A program made the translations under genes and the position numbers. Shown here piece by piece: positions 25,931-32,000 of a stretch of 32,000 nt of DNA. Within the stretch, counting starts at the first letter, position 1. Each line of letters opens with the position of its first letter. This stretch comes from Erysipelotrichaceae bacterium (GTDB lineage Bacteria; Bacillota_I; Bacilli_A; Erysipelotrichales; Erysipelotrichaceae). Below the pieces are notes generated by a model. The model had not been told where the DNA came from. It searched no databases and was given only the letters and a program-made list of their open reading frames with translations. The stretch is from NCBI GenBank assembly GCA_030604855.1, contig JAUVVC010000002.1:1-32000 (forward strand), read 5' to 3'.

Positions 25931-26838
25931 GCGTTTTGTTTCTCCTCATCCTTGAAATGAAGTTGGATACTGAAGCGGATGACTTTACGACCATCGGTGA
26001 CGATATCACCAGGTGTGACGCGGATCAATTGATCCAAGCTCTTATTCAAGTGATTCATTTCCAAACGGGAGACATAACCAATGACTTTATCGTGGTGGGT
26101 GACCTGGGCGAGATTCAGGCCTTTCTTTTGCTTATAGCTGAGCTTGAGTTCACTCTCAGGTTTGAGTTTTCTTAAGATACGTTGACTTCCAAAGGACTCA
26201 ATACCGATGACACGTAACTCATGCTTGGTTTCGAAATCAAAGGTATCATTGAATACTTTTGCGGTAAACAAGCGATCATCGGTCTGACCTGCTTCCTCTT
26301 CCACTTCTTCGTTGAACGTGGGAAGAACAATCGTATCCCCATCCACATCATGCGGGCCTTCATCGAACAAAGTCGTCATGATACGTGTTTGATCGAAATC
26401 AGCGTGTCTTGCTTGAGTGTCGAGGGTTTCATGGATGACTTCATATGCTTTGGTTTTGTCTAGATCTAAAGAATCTTTTTCTACAGAATCAAGCTTTACT
26501 TCTAAGTTTTCAAAGGTATTCAGGTGATCATCTTGGGATGTTTCTTGTTTGACATCATTCTCTTGAATGACATGCAGGGCTTCAGTCTCACTGATGAACG
26601 CTTCAGAAGGTTCTGCTTCAACGATCACTTCTTTGACTATATTTCTTTTACTCTTAGGTTTCATAGCCAAGGGTAATAAGAAGAAATAGAGACCAAAGGT
26701 CATGGCTAGAAAGGATCCTCCCAACAACAAGCCCAGTCGTAGGGTTTCCAAATCATCAAACAACATAAACGTGTCATAAGCAAGGTAGACACCACCCGCA
26801 GTCAGGACTAAACCGACGATCACACTTAGAATTTTCAT
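25927..26838 (-). CDS. membrane-anchored protein with an acidic linker and a HIRAN-like C-terminal domain (uncharacterised)
   Basis: 303 aa. Two N-terminal TM helices are followed by KPKSKRN, then a ~140-aa D/E-rich linker, then a ~90-aa C-terminal domain (aa ~206-295) whose residue pattern resembles HIRAN by eye. The CDS itself is well supported; the domain call is tentative. Confidence 0.5.
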   Translation of the reverse strand: MKILSVIVGLVLTAGGVYLAYDTFMLFDDLETLRLGLLLGGSFLAMTFGLYFFLLPLAMKPKSKRNIVKEVIVEAEPSEAFISETEALHVIQENDVKQETSQDDHLNTFENLEVKLDSVEKDSLDLDKTKAYEVIHETLDTQARHADFDQTRIMTTLFDEGPHDVDGDTIVLPTFNEEVEEEAGQTDDRLFTAKVFNDTFDFETKHELRVIGIESFGSQRILRKLKPESELKLSYKQKKGLNLAQVTHHDKVIGYVSRLEMNHLNKSLDQLIRVTPGDIVTDGRKVIRFSIQLHFKDEEKQNA

Positions 26839-26844
26839 AAGTTT

Positions 26845-26872
26845 ATTCTAACACAAGCATCTAACGATGCAA
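26845..26872 (-). promoter_or_regulatory. promoter of the minus-strand module; predicted TSS at ATG 26838
   Basis: Minus strand reads TTGCAT (26872-26867), 16 nt including TGt, TAGAAT (26850-26845), 6 nt, ATG. No SD. Confidence 0.5.
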
Positions 26873-26895
26873 GCACGGACAAACTGTGCAATAAT
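26867..26895 (+). promoter_or_regulatory. promoter of the helical hypothetical gene; predicted TSS at or next to ATG 26903
   Basis: ATGCAA (26867-26872; a weak -35 occupying the same 6 bp as the divergent promoter's -35), 17 nt including TGc, AATAAT (26890-26895), 7 nt, ATG 26903. No SD. Confidence 0.4.
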
Positions 26896-26902
26896 ATTAA
26901 CG

Positions 26903-27613
26903 ATGGAAGAAAACAGCTATCAAATCCAGATTCAATTGATTGAACAAAAGATAAACGAACACGCTTATGAAGAAGCTTTGGCTTTGGTTTTAGAAGAACT
27001 AAGCATGCCCTATATCCCCAAGCTCTATCACGAGCGTTTTTTAAGTTTGCACGAACAATTGAAACAGTTGATGCAAAGCCCAAACGTCAAGCGTAGCTAT
27101 TACGATGATGAGATGTTGCTCGAATTATTGACGAAGGATGAACACGCTCAACTCAAGGCTTTGGATCAACTCAGTCGCATGAATCTAAGAAATAAAAGTG
27201 ACTTGATCCAAAGGTTCTTTGAACACCTTGAGGATCCTATCATGGCAAGACTTTTGGTTCGCATCTTGATTGAGCAACAACTCCACGATGAATTCATCTT
27301 TAATCTCGAAGGGGTTGAATACCAGGTCATTCCCGCATCTCTAGCTTTACCGGAAGAGGGAGATGGCTATCAAACGGCGGAGCATTTGATCAAAACATGG
27401 TGTGAGAAGAATCCATCGATGGAACGTCTGTGTTTGGATCGTTTGGTATATATGGGGCTTGTTCAACTTCCACTCGTATATACGGATGATGAAGGTGAGG
27501 ATCTCGCCTATGCCATCTTGGAAGATGTGGCATCCAAACTGCTGGATCCAAAGGATTGGGAACAGTTGAAAAATCAATTATTTAGAGGCGATAACGGCCT
27601 TAGCACTCATTAG
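26903..27613 (+). CDS. hypothetical all-helical protein (possibly DUF3196/MPN330-like, unverified)
   Basis: The ORF is open from 26867. I prefer ATG 26903 (MEENSYQIQ), giving 236 aa, because 26867 lies in the promoter -35. The protein is L/E/Q/K-rich and helical, with no motif I recognise. It sits immediately upstream of tig-lon. Confidence 0.55.
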   Translation: MEENSYQIQIQLIEQKINEHAYEEALALVLEELSMPYIPKLYHERFLSLHEQLKQLMQSPNVKRSYYDDEMLLELLTKDEHAQLKALDQLSRMNLRNKSDLIQRFFEHLEDPIMARLLVRILIEQQLHDEFIFNLEGVEYQVIPASLALPEEGDGYQTAEHLIKTWCEKNPSMERLCLDRLVYMGLVQLPLVYTDDEGEDLAYAILEDVASKLLDPKDWEQLKNQLFRGDNGLSTH

Positions 27614-27641
27614 TTGACAGTGCTAATAACTGTGTTATAAT
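27614..27641 (+). promoter_or_regulatory. near-consensus sigma-A promoter of tig
   Basis: TTGACA (27614-27619), 16 nt ending in TGt, TATAAT (27636-27641). SD AAGGAGGT (27653-27660) and ATG 27665 follow. Confidence 0.75.
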
Positions 27642-27664
27642 ATACAAGCAACAAGGAGGTCCTT

Positions 27665-28939
27665 ATGAAAACTACATGGACAATGATTGAAAAAACCAAA
27701 GGTGATTTACACGTCGAAATCGATGGTGAGAAATGGGAAACCGCTCAGAAGAAAGCGCTCAATAAATTAGCGAAGAATGTACAGGTTCCTGGTTTTCGCA
27801 AGGGCAAGGCTCCTGAAGATATGGTCCGTAAACAAGTCACGGAACAAAACATCTTGATTGAAGCGGTCGAATCCATTGCGCAAAGTGCTTTGGAAGCAGG
27901 CTTGGATGAACAGAAGTTGACTCCGATCTCACGTCCTGAATTGGGCATCGACGCTCTAAGCAAAGAATCCGTAACCATGAAATTCACATTTGAAGTTTTG
28001 GGTGAAGTCAAATTGGGAGAATATAAGAACTTAGGCGTCACTAAAGATATTCCTACCGTCACACCGGAAGAAGTCGATGCTAAGTTGGAAGAATTGCGTG
28101 CGCAATTCGCTGAGTTGGTTTTGAAAGAATCCGGCTTGGTTGAACTTAAGGATACAGCTGTCATTGATTTCGAAGGTTTCAAAGATGGCGTTGCATTTGA
28201 AGGTGGCAAGGGTGAGAACTTCGCGCTTGAAATCGGATCCGGTTCCTTTATTCCTGGCTTTGAAGAAGCCATCATCGGTATGCAGAGTGGCGAAGAAAAG
28301 GATATTAATCTTACCTTCCCTGAAAACTATGGTGCAGAGCATTTGGCTGGACAAGATGTGGTCTTTAAGGTAAAAGTAAATGAAATCAAAGCGAAGCAAT
28401 TGCCAGCTTTGAGTGATGAATTCGCAAAAGAAGTGAATCACCACGATGTGGATACGCTTGAAGGTTTGAAGGCACATTTCGAAGAAGAATTGTTGGCCAA
28501 CAAACAAACCAAAGCGAACCAAGATTTCGACAACGCACTGTTGACGAAAGTCGTTGAAGGCAGTGAAATCGATGTACCTCAGGTTTTGATCGATGATGAA
28601 ACACAAACCATGTTGGAAGACTTCTCAAACCGTTTGTCCCAACAAGGATTCTCGTTGAAACAATACACTGAAATCACGGGTCAAAGCACCGACGATCTTC
28701 GTGCTCAAATGCGCATCGATGCAGAAAGCAAGGTCAAAGTACGTTTGGTCTTGGATGCGGTCGCACAAGCGGAAGACATCAAAGTCTTGGCGGATGAAAT
28801 CGAAAAAGAATACGTGCAAATTGCTGAAACATATCAAATGGATTTACCTAAGGTCAAAGAATTGGCTTCCGAAGCAACGATCGCTTACGATCTTCGCTTG
28901 CGTAAAGCATATGACCTTATCCGTGAATCCAATCAATAG
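27665..28939 (+). CDS. tig: trigger factor
   Basis: 424 aa. Ribosome-binding signature VPGFRKGKAP, a central FKBP-type PPIase (DFEGFKDGVAFEGG..FIPGFEE), and an acidic helical C-domain. Confidence 0.95.
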   Translation: MKTTWTMIEKTKGDLHVEIDGEKWETAQKKALNKLAKNVQVPGFRKGKAPEDMVRKQVTEQNILIEAVESIAQSALEAGLDEQKLTPISRPELGIDALSKESVTMKFTFEVLGEVKLGEYKNLGVTKDIPTVTPEEVDAKLEELRAQFAELVLKESGLVELKDTAVIDFEGFKDGVAFEGGKGENFALEIGSGSFIPGFEEAIIGMQSGEEKDINLTFPENYGAEHLAGQDVVFKVKVNEIKAKQLPALSDEFAKEVNHHDVDTLEGLKAHFEEELLANKQTKANQDFDNALLTKVVEGSEIDVPQVLIDDETQTMLEDFSNRLSQQGFSLKQYTEITGQSTDDLRAQMRIDAESKVKVRLVLDAVAQAEDIKVLADEIEKEYVQIAETYQMDLPKVKELASEATIAYDLRLRKAYDLIRESNQ

Positions 28940-28965
28940 ATAAGACGCTCAGCGTCTTATTCCTT
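28940..28965 (+). terminator. stem-loop between tig and lon (weak terminator or processing/attenuation element)
   Basis: Perfect 9-bp stem ataagacgc (28940-28948) / gcgtcttat (28952-28960), 3-nt loop, followed only by a short tccttc. The lon SD AAGGAGGT starts at 28969. Confidence 0.4.
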
Positions 28966-28980
28966 CATAAGGAGGTTAAG

Positions 28981-31296
28981 ATGGAGAAACTAGAATTAAA
29001 TGTGCCTGTCATCGCCACACGTGGCGTACTGATCTTTCCAGGTCAGGATGTCATGATCGAAGTGGGACGGGATAAAAGCATCAGTGCCGTGGAAGAAGCG
29101 ATGGCTTATTTCGATGGTCAAGTATTTATCGTAAGTCAAAAGGATGTCTTAGTCGACGATCCTAAAATCAATGATCTCTTTGCCATGGGAAGTTTGTGTA
29201 AGATCAAGTCCATGAAAAAGAAAGAAGGCTTTCTCCGTGTGACCTTCAGCGGTGTGCAACGGGCAAGTGTGATTCGTCTCAGTGATGATGAGCGCATGTT
29301 GTTTGCGACCATCAAACCTGAAGAAGACATCGTCGGAGACAGCTTGGAAGAAATGGCTTTGGTGCGTCAAATTGCCAAAGGCTTGGAACAAATCACCAAC
29401 ATCGGTCAATCGTTTCCTCCTGAGGTGTTCAGTCAACTGACCAAAGGGGTCAGTGCTGTCACACTTGCGGATCAAGTGGCGCAATATTTCCCAATGAATT
29501 TGGATGAACGCCAAGCACTTCTCGAAGAATTGGTGCTCAACCAACGTTTGTTGATGATCATCTCCAATCTCAAAAAAGAGAAGGAGTTGACCAACATCGA
29601 ACAAGGCATCAATGAGAAAGTTCGTGAACGCATCGAAGAAAACCAACGTGAATATTACTTACGTGAGAAACTCCGTGCGATCAAGGAAGAATTGGGTGAT
29701 GTGCCGAATTCAACCGATGATATGGAAAGTCTACGCCGTTTGGTTGAAGACAATCCATATCCAGAAAACATCAAGAAGAAAGCATTGGAAGAAATCCAAC
29801 GCTATGAAATGCTTCCTAGTTCATCCGGTGAGAGTGGCGTCATTCGAACCTATTTGGACTGGTTGTTGAATGTGCCTTGGTGGCAAGAGTCTCAAGACAA
29901 TGAAGATTTGACAGCGGTTCGCGCCGTTTTAGATAAAGATCACTTTGGGCTTGAAAAAGTTAAGGATCGCATCATGGAATACTTGGCTGTCAAAACGATG
30001 ACCAAGAGTTTGAATGCACCGATTCTCTGTTTGGTAGGCCCTCCGGGGGTCGGTAAGACCTCCTTGGCGAAGTCCATTGCCAATGCTTTGAATCGTAACT
30101 TTGTGAAGGCTTCCTTAGGGGGTGTTCGTGATGAAGCGGAAATCCGTGGTCACCGTCGTACTTACTTGGGATCTTTGCCAGGTCGTATCATTCAGTCCAT
30201 GAAAAAAGCGGCTGTGGTCAATCCTGTCTTTTTGATTGATGAAATCGATAAGATGGCGAGTGATTACAAAGGTGATCCAAGTTCTGCAATGCTGGAGGTT
30301 TTGGATCCTGAGCAAAACAGCATGTTTTCCGATCACTATTTGGAAGAAGCGTATGATTTGAGTAAAGTCATGTTCATCGCGACGGCCAACTATTTGGAAG
30401 ATATTCCAGCTGCTTTGCGTGACCGTTTGGAAATCATCAACTTGTCTTCATATACTGAAGATGAAAAGGTGAACATCGCGACGGCGCACTTGATTCCGAA
30501 ACAAGCCGCTTTGAATGGCTTGAAGTCGAAACAATTCAATATCGCGGACAAAGTCATCTTGCACATCATTCGTAACTATACACGTGAAGCGGGTGTTCGT
30601 CAGTTGGAACGTCATATTGCGAACCTCTGCCGTAAATCGGTCTTAGCGATTCTCAAGGATGGCAAGAAGTCCATTACCGTCACCGATAAGTTGATGATGG
30701 AGTGGATGGGCAAAGAAATCTTTGAATACGGTAAAAAAGAAAAAGATAACCAAGTCGGTGTCGTCACCGGTTTGGCCTATACCTCCTTTGGAGGGGATGT
30801 GCTTCCTGTGGAAGTCACGACTTTTGAAGGCAAAGGACGTTTGATCGTGACCGGCCAATTGGGCAGCGTCATGAAAGAATCCACGGAAATCGCTTTGGGC
30901 TATGTCAAATCCAATGCGAAGAAATACAACATCGATCCGAAGTTCTTTGAAGGCAATGACATCCATATCCACGTACCGGAAGGTGCCGTGCCGAAGGATG
31001 GTCCAAGTGCCGGAATCACCTTGACAACCGCTTTGGTCTCCGCTTTGACGCACCGTGAAGTCTATTCTGACTTGGCGATGACAGGGGAAGTGACCTTGCG
31101 TGGGAATGTCTTGCCGATTGGTGGCTTAAAAGAGAAATCTTTGGCTGCGCACCGTGTGGGCATCACCAAGATTCTGATTCCTAAGTTGAATCTAAAAGAC
31201 ATGGATGATCTGCCTAAGATCGTCAAAGAAGCGATTACTTTTGTGCCTGTTGAATCCATGGAACAAGTTCTCAAGGAAGCTTTGGTGCACGAATGA
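28981..31296 (+). CDS. lon: ATP-dependent Lon protease (endopeptidase La)
   Basis: 771 aa. Lon N-domain, AAA+ Walker A GPPGVGKTS, Walker B FLIDEIDK, catalytic PKDGPSAGIT (Ser) and IGGLKEK (Lys). Confidence 0.96.
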   Translation: MEKLELNVPVIATRGVLIFPGQDVMIEVGRDKSISAVEEAMAYFDGQVFIVSQKDVLVDDPKINDLFAMGSLCKIKSMKKKEGFLRVTFSGVQRASVIRLSDDERMLFATIKPEEDIVGDSLEEMALVRQIAKGLEQITNIGQSFPPEVFSQLTKGVSAVTLADQVAQYFPMNLDERQALLEELVLNQRLLMIISNLKKEKELTNIEQGINEKVRERIEENQREYYLREKLRAIKEELGDVPNSTDDMESLRRLVEDNPYPENIKKKALEEIQRYEMLPSSSGESGVIRTYLDWLLNVPWWQESQDNEDLTAVRAVLDKDHFGLEKVKDRIMEYLAVKTMTKSLNAPILCLVGPPGVGKTSLAKSIANALNRNFVKASLGGVRDEAEIRGHRRTYLGSLPGRIIQSMKKAAVVNPVFLIDEIDKMASDYKGDPSSAMLEVLDPEQNSMFSDHYLEEAYDLSKVMFIATANYLEDIPAALRDRLEIINLSSYTEDEKVNIATAHLIPKQAALNGLKSKQFNIADKVILHIIRNYTREAGVRQLERHIANLCRKSVLAILKDGKKSITVTDKLMMEWMGKEIFEYGKKEKDNQVGVVTGLAYTSFGGDVLPVEVTTFEGKGRLIVTGQLGSVMKESTEIALGYVKSNAKKYNIDPKFFEGNDIHIHVPEGAVPKDGPSAGITLTTALVSALTHREVYSDLAMTGEVTLRGNVLPIGGLKEKSLAAHRVGITKILIPKLNLKDMDDLPKIVKEAITFVPVESMEQVLKEALVHE

Positions 31297-31871
31297 ATCT
31301 CTTTGTCACAGCCGAATTTCTGACGACAGCCGTTGAAAAGAAACAATTTCCAGAGACAAGCTTCCCAGAATTTGTCATGGCTGGACGAAGCAATGTGGGG
31401 AAAAGTTCATTGATCAATGCTTTGACCCATCAGAAAGCTTTGGCCTATGTCGGTAAACGGCCAGGGAAGACCCGATACATCAATTTCTATCAAATTCAAG
31501 ATCGTTTGATGTTGGTGGATGTGCCGGGCTATGGCTATGCCCAACGCTCACGATCTGAAATGATCCAGTACGGTAAGATGATGGATGACTACTTTGAACT
31601 GCGTAAGGTCAATGGGGTCATGTTGGTCATTGATTGTCGTCATGGTTTGACGGATGATGATGAGGACATGCGTGAATTTGTGGAATCTAAGAAGTTGCCA
31701 CTCTTGATCGTCGCGACCAAGTCGGATAAACTGAACCACTCGAAACGAATTGCAGTAAAACGCGAATTGAGCGGGAAGTATAAACAGGATGTGATCCTCT
31801 TCTCATCCTTGAATAAATCCGGTCTCGAAGAGATCGAGAACTGGTGTAAGAAATACATTCAAGACAAGTGA
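31293..31871 (+). CDS. engB: ribosome biogenesis GTP-binding protein YihA/EngB (YsxC)
   Basis: 192 aa. G1 GRSNVGKSSLIN, G3 DVPGYGYA and G4 TKSDK. ATGA overlap with lon, and lon-ysxC synteny as in B. subtilis. Confidence 0.92.
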   Translation: MNLFVTAEFLTTAVEKKQFPETSFPEFVMAGRSNVGKSSLINALTHQKALAYVGKRPGKTRYINFYQIQDRLMLVDVPGYGYAQRSRSEMIQYGKMMDDYFELRKVNGVMLVIDCRHGLTDDDEDMREFVESKKLPLLIVATKSDKLNHSKRIAVKRELSGKYKQDVILFSSLNKSGLEEIENWCKKYIQDK

Positions 31872-31890
31872 TTCACTTGTCTTTTGTTTG
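31861..31890 (+). terminator. Rho-independent terminator after engB
   Basis: 10-bp stem aagacaagtg (31861-31870) / cacttgtctt (31874-31883), loop att, followed by a T-rich ttgtttg. The stop codon lies in the stem. Confidence 0.7.
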
Positions 31891-31919
31891 TGTTTGCATT
31901 CCAATCAAAAATATGATAA

Positions 31920-31935
31920 TGTGATGTATGTCACA
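31920..31935. promoter_or_regulatory. perfect Crp/Fnr-type palindrome TGTGA-N6-TCACA
   Basis: TGTGAtgtatgTCACA at 31920-31935. It overlaps the -10/TSS region of a candidate promoter (TTGCAT 31894-31899, TGaTAATGT 31914-31922) and lies 24 nt before ATG 31959. Confidence 0.35.
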
Positions 31936-31958
31936 CTAATGTGTGAGGAGGGTAAAGA

Positions 31959-32000
31959 ATGAAGAAGATTATCGGTGCAGCACTTTTGCTTGTCTTGGTC
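31959..32000 (+). CDS. 5' end of a secreted or lipoprotein-like CDS (partial)
   Basis: SD GAGGAGGG (31945-31952) lies 6 nt before the ATG. The translation MKKIIGAALLLVLV looks like a signal-peptide n- plus h-region. The CDS is truncated by the window edge. Confidence 0.5.
   Translation, partial: MKKIIGAALLLVLV

Noticed and set aside
25324-27613. Possible tRNA-associated genomic island or prophage remnant
   Set aside because: There is no integrase, recombinase or transposase. I see no direct repeat of the tRNA 3' end and no obvious compositional break. The region holds only three small or medium genes, so I keep it as an uncharacterised module rather than a mobile element.
27745-28606. Two long antisense ORFs (176 and 191 aa) inside tig
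   Set aside because: The acidic, GAA/GAT-rich codon usage of tig leaves the opposite strand free of stops. Neither ORF has a promoter, SD or recognisable motif, and tig itself is unambiguous.
1-32000. Alternative genetic code (TGA read as Trp, as in Mycoplasma)
   Set aside because: TGA terminates many well-defined genes at the expected protein lengths (ABC subunits, rluD, rhomboid, mutS2, lon, FAD protein). Trp is encoded by TGG throughout the conserved motifs.
1-32000. CRISPR arrays, rRNA genes, IS elements and long tandem or inverted repeats
   Set aside because: None was seen on inspection. The intergenic regions are all under 100 bp and are explained by promoters and terminators. Repeat detection by eye is limited, so a computational self-alignment dot-plot would be the decisive check.

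Overview
This is a dense, mostly housekeeping chromosomal segment from a low-to-moderate-GC Bacillota-type genome. The genetic code is standard: TGA acts as the stop in many ATGA stop/start overlaps. I call 31 complete CDS, 2 CDS fragments at the window edges, and one tRNA-Arg(UCU). I see no rRNA, CRISPR array, transposase, integrase or long repeat. Gene order resembles Bacillus subtilis: rnhC/cvpA/mutS2, uvrC, murI plus a ysnB-like phosphoesterase, lspA-rluD, and tig-lon-engB. Together with a helical orphan gene just upstream of tig-lon, this suggests an Erysipelotrichia/Mollicutes-related lineage, which is inference only. Left to right the window holds: CvpA-like protein, purA(-), FAD-dependent protein(-), OsmC-like protein, ktrB/ktrA, arginase-family enzyme, glpK, NusG-II protein, Gx transporter, a heterodimeric ABC exporter, a small MORN/YwqK-like protein, an all-alpha dUTPase-like protein, M42 aminopeptidase, lspA, rluD-like synthase, GluP-type rhomboid, dCMP deaminase, rnhC(-), a second CvpA, mutS2, uvrC, murI, YfcE/YsnB-type phosphoesterase, tRNA-Arg, a two-gene membrane module(-), a helical hypothetical, tig, lon and engB. 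Four things merit a second look. (1) An uncharacterised, translationally coupled pair next to the tRNA encodes a membrane-anchored protein with a HIRAN-like C-terminal domain and a membrane-anchored zinc-ribbon protein. (2) At six to seven operon-first genes that lack a Shine-Dalgarno, a (TGn)TAnAAT box sits 6-7 nt before the ATG, which implies leaderless mRNAs. (3) Both CvpA paralogs carry repeated acidic helical C-terminal modules. (4) A MORN-repeat miniprotein is translationally coupled to the ABC exporter. All product calls come from reading motifs by eye; no database search was run.
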